DNA of 61,607 nt from Chiloscyllium plagiosum (lineage: Eukaryota): assembly GCF_004010195.1 (NCBI RefSeq), contig NC_057752.1, positions 14,099,419-14,161,025 of the forward strand. Reading direction: 5' to 3'. Each line of letters begins with the position of its first letter. The first letter of the stretch is position 1. The notes below the pieces were generated by a model. That model made no database searches and was not told where the DNA came from. It saw only the letters and a list, made by a program, of their open reading frames with translations. The position numbers and the translations under genes are program-made. Below, one piece after another: positions 24,668 to 37,029 of this stretch.

Positions 24668-25009
24668 TATTAGTGAAAGGGATTGTAAAGTGGATTATTA
24701 TAATCTATGAACTGTAATTGGAAAAAACAATGCTGTGGAAGCTAATGCTGCAGTGTCGAACAGGGATTACAAACCTCCCCTCCTCATCACCTCAGCCCAT
24801 GGGTATCCACAGCGGCACAATTGGTACCAACCTCAGATATGAACAAAACAAACACATGTTCGAGCTGTCCTCTCAAAATCTGAGGGTCAAGCCTAGGTCA
24901 ACAGTTCATTACTGATAAATATCGATGAAGGTGACCCTGGTGTACAGGACAGATCACACAAAATGTGACTCATTATGAATTGTGAGGAGGATAGTGCAGA
25001 CCTGCAAAA

Positions 25010-25690
25010 GGACATTAGACCATCAGAATTAGGTCATTCTGCCCATCAAGTCTGCTCCATCATTCCATTATAGCTGATACGTTTCTCCTATGCCTTCTCC
25101 CTGTAACTCGTGATCTCCTTACCAATCAAGAACTTACCTATCTCTGTCTTAAAGACACTCATTGACTTGGCCTCCACAGCCCTCTGCAGCAATGAGTTCC
25201 ACGGATCTTGGTGAAATGGTTGGATGAGTGGGAGGTTAAATTTAATGATGAGAGGTGCAAGGTTCTACATTTTAGTCGGAACAAGGCAGAAAGACGAAAG
25301 AAAGGGAACAGTTCGAAAGGGGGCGTGTGACAGACGGACCTGGGTGTGTACATGCACAAATTGAGAGCATGGTTAGTAAAGCTTGTCACCTCCTGGCAAC
25401 AGACACAGAGAGTACAACAGCAAGGCAGTTATGTTAAAGCTGGAATCAACACTGGTTTAGCCTCAACTGGATTGTGTCCAATTCTAGGCACCACACTTTA
25501 GGAAAGGTGTGAAGGTGTTAGAAAGGGGTCAGAAAAGAACCATGAGAATGGTCTCAGGATTGTTAACCTTCAATTATGCACATGGATTGGAGACATTGGG
25601 ACAGTTCTCCTTGGAGAAGAGAAGGCTGAGTGGAAATCTGGTCGAGAGGGTCAATTTCATGAGGGGTCTGGACAGAATGGGTAGATTGGG
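25010..25690. mobile_element. Old CR1 fragments (minus about 25010-25205, plus about 25210-25690)
   Basis: LERGQKRTMRMVSGL..FSLEKRRLSGNL on the + strand; reversed CR1 tail at left. Confidence 0.7.
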
Positions 25691-25694
25691 GAGG

Positions 25695-26050
25695 TGATGG
25701 CCTAGTGGTATTATTGCTGGACTGTTAATCCAGACACTGAGCTAATGTTCGAAACACCTAGGTTCGAATCAAGCCATGGCAGATGGTGGAATTTGAACTC
25801 AATAAAAATGGGGAATTAAGAACCTAATGATGACCAGGAATTTATTGTGGATTGTCAGAAAACCCCATGTGGTTCACTAATGTCCTTTAGGGAAAGAAAC
25901 TGCCATCCTTACCTTGTCTGGCCTACATGTGATTCCAGACACACAGTCAATGTGCTTGACTCTTAATTCCCCTCTGGGCAATTAGGGATGGGCAATAAAT
26001 GCTGGTCTGGCCAGTGGCCCCCTCATCCCGTGCATGAATTTTTTAAAAAA
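25695..26050 (+). mobile_element. tRNA-derived SINE sharing its 3' tail with LINE family B
   Basis: A box TGGCCTAGTGG, B box GGTTCGAATC; ends GGGCAATTAGGGATGGGCAATAAATGCTGG.. like the LINE end at about 27225. Confidence 0.8.
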
Positions 26051-26359
26051 AGGGAAAAATGATTCTCATTGGGTGGAAGCAGAGGGCACAGTGATTGGCA
26101 AAAGAAACAACGCAGACGTGAAGAAAACTTCTTCGTGCTGCAAGTGATTAGGATCTGGAATATGCTGCCTGAGAGTGCAGGGAAACAGGTTCAATCGAGA
26201 CTTTCAAACGGGAATTGGATCATTATCTGAAATGGAAAAGCATGCAGCATGGCAGGGGAGTAGCTTGGGATGAACCGCTTTTTCAGAAATCAGCACAGCC
26301 ACAACAGGTGAATGCCCTCCTTCAGTGCTGCAGCCATTCAGTAGACTCTATAAATACAG

Positions 26360-26700
26360 TATGGAGGAGATGCTCAGCTGTCAGACATAACTGTCCTTCA
26401 GTTAAATAATGTGTGGTTCTGTCTGTTCTCTCAGGTGAAATTGAGAGATCCCACAGCACTATTTTAAATAAGACAGGAGTGTTCTTCCATAATGTCCTGG
26501 CCAATATTTATCTTTCAACAATCATCAAGCAAAACAGATTACATGATTATGTTGCTGTCTGTGGGAGCTTGCTGTGTACAAATCAGCTTCCATGTTTCCT
26601 CCATTATACCTACATAATACAGGCACCTCAGCACCTGTAACACACTCTAGACCTTTCAGGATGCTGAATCATGAATGATGCTACACAAATGCAACATCTT
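26360..26700 (+). mobile_element. Deu-domain SINE (SacSINE1/AmnSINE-like)
   Basis: GATCCCACAGCACTATTT..GTCCTGGCCAATATTTAT..GCTGTCTGTGGGAGCTTGCTGTG Deu-like core. Confidence 0.65.
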
Positions 26701-26834
26701 CCTATCATGTCAGCTGTAAAGCCAATAGCTCTAGATACATAAAAGCAGAAATGTTCTCTGGGTCTGGCAGCATCTTTGGGCAGAACACCTTTGGTGAGGA
26801 AAATGTTGTCTTGCCTGAAAATCTTTTGCCTGAA

Positions 26835-27290
26835 TGAATGTAGCTCCAAGAAACTTGACACCATCCAGGACAAAGCAGTCCACTTGATTGGCACCACATC
26901 TAATAGCATCCACTCCCTCCTTCACCAACCACTCAGTAACAGCAGTGTGTACGATCTATAAATGCACTGCAGGAATTCACCAAAGATCCTTAGATTGTAC
27001 CTTCCAAACCCATGACTACTTCCATCTAGAAGGACAATGGAACACCACCCCCTGCAAGTTTCCCTCCAAGCCACTCATCATCCTGCTTTGGAAATATATC
27101 GCTGTTCCTTCAGTGTCACTGGGTCAAAAACCTGGAATCCCCTCCCTAAGGGCATTGTGGGTCACCCTACAACACATGGACTGCAGCGGTTCAAGAAGAC
27201 AGCTCATCACTACCTTCTCAAAGGGCAATTAGGGACGGGCAATTAACGCTGGTCCAGCAAGTGATGCCCACATCCCATAAAAAGAATTTT
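26835..27290 (+). mobile_element. CR1/L2-group LINE family B 3' end
   Basis: KKLDTIQDKAVHLIG..TGSKTWNPLP..GLQRFKK. Confidence 0.82.
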
Positions 27291-27449
27291 ACAACAGTCA
27301 TCAACTTGAAATGTTCATTCTGTTAGACCTGCTGTGTCTCTAGCTTGGTATATATTTTCATTTTCTGAACAGAAGTAACCCCCACTTTAAACCTCTCCAT
27401 GGTGGGGGGGGGCTGGGGGGGTGTCAAGAAAGCACCTTACCACCAGGGG

Positions 27450-28160
27450 TAGAGTCAAAGGATGTACAACACGGAAACAGACCCTTCGGTCCAACTCGTC
27501 CATGCCGACCAGATATTTAAATTAATCTAGTCCCACTTGGCCCATATCCCTCTAAATCCTTCCTATTCATATACCCATCCAGATGCCCTTTAAATGTTGT
27601 AATTGTACCAGCTTCTACCACTTCCTCTGGTAGCACATCCCATACATGCACCACCCTTTGTGTAAAAAAGTTGCCCCTTAGATCCCTTTTAAATCTTTCC
27701 CCTCTCACCTTAAACCTGTGTCCTCAAGTTCTGGACTCTCCCTCCTTAGGGAAAAAAACCTTGTCTATTTACCCTATCTATATCCCCTCATGATTTTATA
27801 AACCTCTATAAGGTCACCCCTCAGCCTCTGACACTCCAGGGAAAACAGCCCCAGCTTATTATGACCTCTTTAAAGTTTCACAACATCCTTCCTATAGGAG
27901 ACCAGAATTGCACACAACATTCCAAAAGCAGCTTAACTAATGTCCTGTACAGCTACAACATAACCTCCCAACTCCTATACTCAATGCTCTGACGAATAAA
28001 AGAAAGCATACCAAACTCCTTCTTCATTATCCTTTCTACCTGTGACTTCACTTTCGAGAAACTATGAACCTGCACTCCAAGGTCTTTTTGTTCAGCAACA
28101 CTCCCCAGGACCTTACCATTACATGTATAAGTGCTACCCTGATTTGCCTTTCCAAAATGT
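27450..28160 (-). mobile_element. CR1 3' fragment
   Basis: RGERFKRDLRGNFFTQRVV..LPEEVVEAG on the minus strand. Confidence 0.88.
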
Positions 28161-28235
28161 TAGGGACAGGCCCAGGACTGGTGATGTTCAACATTCCCTG
28201 AATGAATAAAGGAAAGAGATCATTGGGAGTCATGG

Positions 28236-28550
28236 TGGCTTAGGGCAGCACTGTGGTTAGCACTACTGTCTTACAGCGCCAGGGACTCTGGATTGATTCC
28301 ACCCTTGGGTGACTTGTGTGGAGTTTGCATATTCTCCCCATGTCTGCGTGGGTTTCCTCCAGGTGCTCCAGTTTCCTCCCACAGTCCAAAGATGTGCAGG
28401 TCAGGTGAATGAGCTGTGCTAAATTGCCCGTAGTGTCCAGGGATAGGTGGGTTAATGATGGGAAATGTGGGTTACAGGGGGTGGGATGCTCTTCGGAGAG
28501 TTGATGTGGATTCGATCAGTCGAATGCCTGCTTCCACACTGTAGGGATTC
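28236..28550 (+). mobile_element. HE1-like SINE
   Basis: Homologous to 4951-5260. Confidence 0.8.
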
Positions 28551-28719
28551 CATCTTTGCATTCCTTACTGTTCCACTGTATCTCGGTACATGTAACAAAA
28601 ATAAATCTGATCACAATCACAGCAAAGGGAAGATATGCAAACCAGGGTGGTCTACCCTCATCCTGCTTCAATCTGCTGGCATGCTGGAGAGGTACTCAGC
28701 AAGTTGGATATCCTTTTAT

Positions 28720-28960
28720 CGCGCGGAAATCAGTGGGGCTCACCTGAGGCTATTTTTGGATCGTCCTCCGCGTCACCGGAGGCTCCGTGCGCGTCAGCCA
28801 GCATTCCGTCGCCCAGCCATTGGCCCGGTTCCCAGACGGGGTGCCACCTACAGGCCGGGAGGCAGACCAATAGGAGCGCCCCCCACCCCGACCTACAAAC
28901 TTTCCTCCCTCCCTCCCCTCTACTTCCCGGACCGAATGGATAGTTCATTACAGTGCAATT
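28720..28960 (+). promoter_or_regulatory. Candidate NR4A1 promoter (CpG-rich; MEF2-like, two CRE/AP-1-like, CCAAT)
   Basis: CTATTTTTGG 28750-28759, GCGTCA 28770-28775 and 28791-28796, ATTGG about 28819, CCAAT 28867-28871; CpG retained in a CpG-poor window; strong donor CAG|GTATGT at 29191/29192 downstream. Confidence 0.5.
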
Positions 28961-30459
28961 GACAAGAGTAATTCCCAGAAGCCGGGGAGGGAGGCTGCAG
29001 AAAGGGACTTAGGGTCTTCAGCAACTCAGGCAGGTGCTTCCAACCTGCTTCTTTGGCTGGGCAAGCGAAATCATCAGCTGGGAGTTTGTTTTTTTCCCTC
29101 TTTGTTTTCCAAATCTATTTCTATGCATCGTTTTTGATCTGGACTTTTTTTTAACAAAGCAAAAGATATACCACACGTTTTTAACCATCAGGTATGTATT
29201 GCAAGTAATAGCTTATTGCTTTCTTTAGGAAAAACGTGTTATGAATTACATGGCGGGAACATAAATCAGTTTTTTTTTACACTCCAAGACAATGATTTAT
29301 TTTGATTTACTCTGTTTTGCTCTGGACGTACTTTTTTTTTGCAAACGTAATCCTCAAAATATTGCAAGTTAAACATGTATGAAGACAGCATTTCAAAGTT
29401 CTGTGTGTGGCACTTAGGAGGAACTTGCTGAGGTTTTGTAGCTGCCTGCGCTTGTGTACAGAATACGGTTCAATTGCAGGAAGCTGGAATTCAGCTGTTG
29501 CTTTAGAAGTAATGGTGAGGCTAACCGGCCAACTGTAACATCTGTGAAGGTCGTGCAAACTGTGCTGGGGAGAGAAAGGGTTTGCAGGACAGCGTTAAGT
29601 GGAATTACAGTGCAAGAAATCGGGTCAACGAGGACAGTAACGCCGACTGTTACTCGGGGCTCGTTGCTGCAGGAGTAACGCAAACTGTCACACTCTATAG
29701 TAGTTGCATTCAATTGCTGGGGCAAGGCTGGTTTATCCCGGTGCCGACTCCCCAGGCTTTAACCGGGTAGGGAACAACTTCACTGTTGATGCATTTAAAA
29801 CTTGTGGCATTGTTAGAAAAGCAAGATTAAGCCCACAAATCTAAACTGCAGAAATCATAACTTTGAATCTTTGGTAAAGTGGTTTCCAGAATAGCTGTGG
29901 GACTGGCCAGTAGATGTGCCAGAGGTTCAACAGTGCTTTTATTTTATGACTCCGTCTCTTTTTTTAAAGAGCAATGTTTCTTCCTGGCTGTTTCTGCTGA
30001 GATAGCTCACACTACATTAGCAGTTCCTCGGGTGTGAGCTCAGGCGGATGAGTGCAGCTGGCTGTGTAAGCATAAGGGCCGTTTAACAGCATCAGACAGT
30101 CCTCCCTCGGGATCCAAACACCCAAGAATACCACAGGAGTGACAACCCTGACTGGTCTTCCTCCTTCCCTCAGGGATGGGACTAATTCTGCCCGCCTGAC
30201 TTCCACTAACTCAGTACCGACCAGGGATTTGTTGTGAAGCAGTGGTAGTGAGTCTATCTCTGAGCTAGGAGACCTGGGTTTAAGTCCCATTTGCTGGAGA
30301 GGTGTATAATAAGATCCCAGAACAGGTCATTTCGCGGAAAAATCTCGACGAGGGATTCATTTGCTCTGTCCAGTATCACAGCATTAATTTTGAACATTTT
30401 GCTCACCTTGAACTATATTTCCAATTCCGGTGTGGAAATAAGAGGAAACAGTGAAATAA

Positions 30460-31615
30460 TTCCGGTGGAGTGCCACAAGGATCGGTGCTGGGTCTACAAC
30501 TTTTCGTAATTTAAATAAATGATTTAGATGGAATGGGTATATGAATAGGAAGGGTTTGGAGGGATATGGGCTGGGTGCTGGCAGGTGGGACTAGATTGGG
30601 TTGGGATATCTGGTCGGCATGGACGGGTTGGACGAAGGGTCTGTTTCCGTGCTGTACATTTCTATGACTCTATGTGAGCATAAGAGGTATAGTTAGTTAA
30701 GTTTACAGATGACACCAAAATTGGAGGTGTAGTGGGCAGCGAAGAAGGTTACCTCAGATTACAACAGGATCTTGATCAGATGGGCCAATGGGCTGAGGAG
30801 TGGCAGATGGAGTTGAATTTAGATAAATGCAAGATGCTGCATTTTGGGAAAGCAAATCTTAGCAGGACTTATACACTTAATGGTAAGGTCCTGGGGAGTG
30901 TTGCTGAACAAAGGGACCTTGGAGTGCAGGTTCATAGCTCCTTGAAAGTACAGTCACAGGTAGATAGGATAGTGAAGAAGGCGTTTGGCATGCTTTCCTT
31001 TATTGGTCAGAGTATTGAGTACAGGAGTTGGGAGGTCATGTTGTGGCTGTACAGGACATTGGCTAGGCTACTGTTGGAATATTGCGTGCAATTCTGATCT
31101 CTTTCCTATCGGAAGGATGTTGTGAAACTTGAAAGGATTCAGAAAAGATTTACAAGGTTGTTGCCAGGGTTGGAGGATTTGAGCTATAGGGAGAGGCTGA
31201 ACAGGCTGGGGCTGTTTTCCCTGGAGCGTCAGAGGCTGAGGGGTGACCTTATAGAGGTTTATAAAATCATGAGGGGCATAGATACGGTAAATAGACAAGG
31301 TTTTTTCCCCCTGGGATGGGGGAGTCCAGAACTAGAGGGCATAGGTTTAGGGTGAGAGGGGAAAGTTATGAAAGAGACCTAAAGGGGCAACTTTTTCACA
31401 CAGAGGGTGGTGCGTGTGTTTAATGGGCTGTCAGAGGAAGTGGTGAAGACTGGTACAATTACAAGATTTAAAAGGTATCAGGATGGGTATATGAATAGGA
31501 AAGATTTGGAGGGATATGGGCTGGGTGCTGGAAGGTGGGACTAGGTTGGGTTGGGATATCTGGTCGGCATGGACCGAAGGGTCTGTTTCCTTGCTCTACA
31601 TCTCTATGACTCTAA
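30460..31615 (+). mobile_element. CR1 3' half with a same-family tail (about 30531-30674) inserted
   Basis: GVPQGSVLG.., LQQDLDQMGQWAEEWQME..KCKMLHFG, LERIQKRFTRLLPG. Confidence 0.9.
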
Positions 31616-32039
31616 TTGTAATTGCAACATTGCATTAAATCAGTTCATACATTCTGTATTAGTTGAGACAGTAGGTAAACAAATATTTTATTTAGGTTAG
31701 CGGATGTGACTGTGGGGGAAGTTTGTTACTCCGACTGGTATAAATACTTACAAGTAAAAAAAAGGACATTTCTCCTTATCTCGCCTTTTATACAAAATAC
31801 AAGTATCCATAAGCCAAATAAGTGCGAAAGTGAATATTTGTAATAACATTTCCGAACAAGTTGATTAGAAAAATTGCTTAAATGGGAAAAAATAAAATCC
31901 GGGGTATGCGGTACGCAGAATGCCAGATGAAACAAGTGTAAATCTAATGCAGATTAGCAAGTGTCTTTTAAGTGAATAATTTGATATCCATTGCCACTTT
32001 GATCATGCCTACATGCAAAAGTGACATTTATTCTGATGA

Positions 32040-32700
32040 GTTTTCCTGACGTGATCGAGTCATTTAAAAATAAGAGGCGCCTCCTACAGAGTGTACTTGC
32101 GGTAGGATTTACTGCAAAACTCATCAGGTTAGGAAGAAAAATGCAAGAGACTTACTATATCTCCAGAACAGGTGGGATTTGAGAATCCACCACTGCGCCA
32201 CAAGAAGCTCCTATGCTAAAAATAGTTGTAATTCAACATTATTAAGTTGTGCAGACTGTCCACGAAGGCTGGCAAGTGGGTTGGAATTGCTGCAAGTTGC
32301 CGCCGTCAAACAACTGGCGCGTCCGATCTTTTCAAGCCTGAAAGGAAAACCCCGAGATGGCCCGCTCCCGCCAGACACCCCCCCCCCCCCCCCCAAGAGA
32401 ACCGTGGTGAGCTGCGGGCGGCCTCACCTTGCTTCCCCCCCCCCCCCCCCCACAATCCGTGCCGCGTCCCAAACAGGAACCGCCAATTGCTAAATGGAAG
32501 CGGCCACTGTAAGGGAGGGGGTGGGGGCTTCCGTTCGAGGTTTGATCTCGCGCATCCTCTTGTTCCCGCTGGCAGCTTTTGCTGGACGACGGCTGTCCCT
32601 TGCCCCTCCAATGCCCGACAGCAGCTTCGAGAGTTTTTTTTTAAAAATCACCTCCTCTGCCGCTTCGGGCTCGATTTGAAAGAAAAGAAAGCAAGAAATC
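32040..32700. promoter_or_regulatory. Candidate enhancer or alternative promoter (MEF2 x2, CRE half-site, CpG-rich, poly-C runs)
   Basis: TGACGTGA 32047-32054, TTAAAAATAA 32064-32073, perfect CTAAAAATAG 32216-32225; CpG-rich from 32300 to 32680. Confidence 0.45.
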
Positions 32701-33204
32701 AAGAAAACACATAATGGGAGTGCATATCGGGGATGCTTCACCTCGACCCAAAATGGTGCACCACCTCAAAAACTATGGTTTACTTCTGTGTTTTTATCTC
32801 TAACCTTGCCACAAAATGCCTCAGAAAATTTTCAAGGGCAGTAGTGATATTGTCACAGAGGCTTCATGCTGTTTGGAAGGAGGTCCAAATCCCAATTCAG
32901 CTCCTGTTCAATGCAAGGAGGGGATTTGTGACCAGTGGGCACTGCAGGGGTTGGGCTCAGTTATCTCCCTCAAAAGGATATTTTGATTCAAATTGGTAAG
33001 TTTCCCTTTGGGTTTTGTTATAGTGTGCCTAAGAGATTGTCAATTCTAATTTTGTTCAATTTGATCAACTTTTTATCTTAAAATAGAAAGAGGTCTGAAA
33101 GAGGGGAAAGAGCTGAAAAGCTGGTCAGTCAAAATGATTTGGGTGGCGGGAACTATCACAGTTAGGTTTGAATTTGAAAGTGAGAGAGCTCTTCATCGGT
33201 CTGA

Positions 33205-34365
33205 AGGGTAGTAAGGACAAGCCAGGGAACTATAGACCGGTGAGTCTGACGTCGCTGGTGGGCAAGTTGTTGGAGGGAATCCTGAGGGACAGGATGTACA
33301 TGTATTTGGAAAGACAAGGACTGATTAGGGATGGTCAACATGGCTTTGTGCATGGGAAATCATGTCTCACAAACTTGATTGAGTTTTTTGAAGAAGTAAC
33401 AAAGAGGATTGATGAGGGCAGAGTGGTAGATGTGATCCATATGGACTTCACTAAGGTGTTTGACAGGGTTCCCCATGGGAGACTGATTAGCAAGGTTAGA
33501 TCTCATGGAGTACAGGGAGAACTAGCCATTTGGATACAGAACTGGCTCAAAGGTAGAAGACAGAGGGTGGTGGTGGAAGCTTGTTTTTNNNNNNNNNNNN
33601 NNNNNNNNNNNNNNNNNNNNNNNNNNNNNNNNNNNNNNNNNNNNNNNNNNNNNNNNNNNNNNNNNNNNNNNNNNNNNNNNNNNNNNNNNNNNNNNNNNNN
33701 NNNNNNNNNNNNNNNNNNNNNNNNNNNNNNNNNNNNNNNNNNNNNNNNNNNNNNNNNNNNNNNNNNNNNNNNNNNNNNNNNNNNNNNNNNNNNNNNNNNN
33801 NNNNNNNNNNNNNNNNNNNNNNNNNNNNNNNNNNNNNNNNNNNNNNNNCTCCTTCCTATTGGAAAGATGTTGTGAAACTTGAAAGGGTTCAGAAAAGATT
33901 TACAAGGATGTTGCCAGGGTTGGAGGATTTGAGCTTTTGGGAGAGGCTGAACAGGCGAGGGCTGGAGCGTCGGAGGCTGAGGGGTGACCTTATAGAGGTT
34001 TACAAAACTATGAGGGGCATGGATAGGATAAATAGACAAATCTTTTCCTTGGGGTGGGGGAGTCCAGAACTAGAGGGCATAGGTTTAGGGTGAGAGGGGA
34101 AAGATATAAAAGGGACCTAAGGGGCAACTTGTTCACACAGAGGGTGGTACGTGTATGGAATAAGCTACCAGAGGAAGTGATGGAGGCTGGTACAATTGCA
34201 ACATTTAAAAGGCATTTGGACGGGTATATGAATAGGAAAGGTTTTGAAGGATATGGGCCGGGTGCTGGCAGGTGGGACGAGATTGGGTTGGGATATCTGG
34301 CTGGCATGGATGGGTTGGACCGAAGGGTCTGTTTCCATGCTGTACATCTCTATGACTCTCTGACT
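33205..34365 (+). mobile_element. CR1 LINE RT plus 3' end (contains N gap)
   Basis: PGNYRPVSLTS..QHGFVHGKSCLTNLIEFFEEV..MDFTKVFDRVPH; CTCTATGA tail. Confidence 0.92.
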
Positions 34366-34427
34366 CTGTCTCCATCATGGTGTGGGCAGAAAATATAAAT
34401 GGACTCCAATGAAGAGGATTCTTGTCA

Positions 34428-34875
34428 TGGAATCCCTACAGTGTGGATGCAGGCTATTCAGCTCATCACCAATCCTCTGAAGAGCATCCCACCCAATCCT
34501 GGGGATCTTCCATGTCTAACCCACTTAAGCCTGCACATCCCTCGACACTATGAGACAATTTAGTATGGCCAATCCACACTAACCTACACATCCCTGGGCA
34601 TTATGGGACAATTTTTAGCATGGCCAATCCACACTAACCTACACATCCCTGGGCATTATGGGACAATTTTTAGCATGACCAATCCACCCTAACCTATACA
34701 TCCCTGGACACTATGGGCAATTTTGCATGGGAGGAAACTGAAGCATCCAGGGGAAACCACACTGATACAGAGAATGTGCAAACTCCGTGTAGACATTTAC
34801 CAGAGGGTGGAATCAAACCTGGATCCCTGGTGCTATGAGGCAGCAGTGCTAATCACTGAGGCAACATGCTGCCTC
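34428..34875 (-). mobile_element. HE1-like SINE with internal 55-bp tandem expansion (about 4 units, 34528-34730)
   Basis: AACCTACACATCCCTGG units at 34581, 34636 and 34691, plus a preceding diverged unit. Confidence 0.82.
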
Positions 34876-35298
34876 ACATATGAAGGTATTATAAAATGAT
34901 TTATTGTGACTTATTATTGTCACAAACCGAAGTGTTGTTTTGCATGCTATACAGACAGATCGTAGCATGCAAAGTGCATCAGGGCAGCAGAACAGAGTGC
35001 AGAATACAGTGCTAGAGCCACAGAGACGGTGTCTAGCAAAAGAGAGATCAACATTAACATTGGCTTGTACAAATCCACCTCACCCTCTCACCACACCAGG
35101 CCCTTACTAACCTTGATGGCCAACCTGTTGTGGAGAACGTCAGATGTGGAAGGTGGACTTGAGCTGAGAATTGTAGTGAATTATTGGAGCAAGTTTGGCT
35201 ACTGCGCATGTTCAACATGCCGCAGGAGAGATGGGCAGGGGGCACAAAATGTAATCAGATTTTACTGACTGTTAAATGGGATTTAGCTATATTGATGC

Positions 35299-35518
35299 TG
35301 AAAATGTGTTGCTGGAAAAGCGCAGCAGGTCAGGCAGCATCCAGGGAACAGGAGAATCGACGTTTCGGGCATAAGCCCTTCTTCAGGAAATTCCTGAAGA
35401 AGGGCTTATGCCCAAAACGTCGATTCTTCTGTTCCCTGGATGCTGCCTGACCTGCTGCGCTTTTCCAGCAACACATTTTCAGCTCTGATCTCCAGCATCT
35501 GCAGACCTCACTTTCTCC
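35299..35518. mobile_element. Head-to-head Penelope-like termini forming a 187-bp palindrome, 17-bp TSD
   Basis: Arms 35297-35389 and 35391-35483 with 2 mismatches; TTTAGCT(A/G)TATTGATGC at 35282-35298 and 35519-35535. Confidence 0.85.
35359..35386 (-). ncRNA. Minimal hammerhead ribozyme core (intact motif; activity untested)
   Basis: Reverse complement is CTGAAGAAGGGCTTATGCCCGAAACGTC. Confidence 0.55.
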
Positions 35519-36059
35519 TTTAGCTGTATTGATGCCAATGAAACAGGACAATGAGCAGACATAAAAGAGGTGATTACTCCAATTGTGCCTACTTCATGGT
35601 TTTCCAATTACACCCCCCCCCCTTCACAATTTGCTGTTGTTGATGAGTCACAGCCAGAACACTAAAATCCTGATAAAGCCATCCATTAAGGTACTTCTCT
35701 TGCTTTTGTTAACTGCTGTATTGATTTCTTGCAGAACCAACAGGTTTTTAATTTGAATTAAACGAAATACAAACCTGGATTAAGCAAGTTTTGGCTGAGG
35801 TGAAAGAAGCCAAGAGCAAAAAGTGAAAAGTGATCAGCTGCCCTCAGTACACCCCAGCTACAGAAGGGAGTTTTGTGTCATGGTTCTTTCTTAACATGGT
35901 TCTGTTGATCAGCTCAATTTTAACATGCTTCGTCAATGTCTATGAGATCAGTGGAACCAAATGGAGATGGGCTGATTTTAATTGCTCTGTGCCTTCAATT
36001 GCAGAAGCCTTGAACTCTGGGACTCCCTCCCTCAACTTCTCTGCCTCTCCACCTAAAAC

Positions 36060-36570
36060 CCCTACAGTCTAGAAGCCAGTCATTTGGCCCATTGAGTCCA
36101 CACTGACCCACCCAGACTTACCCCAGCCCTGCATCCCATGGCTAATCCACCCAGCCCAGGCAACCTTGGATACTATGTGCAGTTTAGCATGGCCAATCCA
36201 CCTAACCTGCATAAAATCCGAAAGAACTGTGGATGCTGTAAATCTGAGAGCAAAATAGAAATTGCTGAAAAAGCTCAGTAGCTTTTGTCTGGCAGCGTCT
36301 GTGGAGAGAAATCAGAGTTAATGTTTCGGGTTGAGTGGCTCTTCATCACAGTTGCTACCAGACCTACTTAGCTTTTCCAGCACTTTCCAATTTTGCACCT
36401 AACCTGCACAGCTTTGGACTGAGAGGAAGCCAGATCATCTGGAGGAAATCCAAGCAGACACAGGGAGAATGTGCGAACTCCACACAGGCAGTCACCCGAG
36501 GGTTGAATCAAATCTGGATCCCTGGCACTGTGAAGCAGCAGTGCTAACCACTGAGCCACCGTGCCACCTA
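36060..36570 (-). mobile_element. HE1-like SINE interrupted by Penelope-like termini (about 36212-36395)
   Basis: CACCTAACCTGCA is duplicated on either side of the insert, and the SINE continues afterwards. Confidence 0.7.
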
Positions 36571-36614
36571 GCTCTACTCCTTATAACAATCTTTGAGATT
36601 TGGAAAGTGCTAGA

Positions 36615-36699
36615 GAAGGGCTCATGCTCGAAACGTCGATTCTCCTGCTCCTTGGATGCTCCTTCTCCTGCTGCACTTTTCCAGCAACACATTTTCAGC
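36615..36699 (+). mobile_element. Short Penelope-like fragment lacking CTGA, about 16-bp TSD
   Basis: AAAG(T/G)GCTAGAGAAGG on both flanks; a comparable empty site occurs at about 37920. Confidence 0.65.
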
Positions 36700-37029
36700 A
36701 AAGGGCTAGAGAAGGCAGATATGGAGGAGATCTGCCTCTTTAACCAACTATTTGGTCCCTTTGCTTAAAATGCTGTCTTATGTGTGATTTCATGTCAAAT
36801 TTTGTCTGATAATCGCTACTGTGAGATGTTTTACTGTGTGAAGGGCGCTATGTGTAAGCAAGTTACTGTTATTGAAGTAACTATAACTTTTTAGGGAACC
36901 CAACAATGAGATTCTAATGTTGATTTTACTTTGTTATTATAATATAAATGATTTATATTGAAACTGAGCTGTGTCACATTAGTGTTTCATTGTTGTACGC
37001 CAGTACTTTAAGTAGTTCTGGTACTGGAA

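Noticed and set aside
28465..28962. 165-aa ORF and overlapping ORFs
   Set aside because: It starts in a SINE and runs through GC-rich promoter-like DNA with few stops; no recognisable domain.
32179..32741. Pro/Gly-rich ORFs on both strands
   Set aside because: Produced by poly-C runs and high GC; no domain or splice support.
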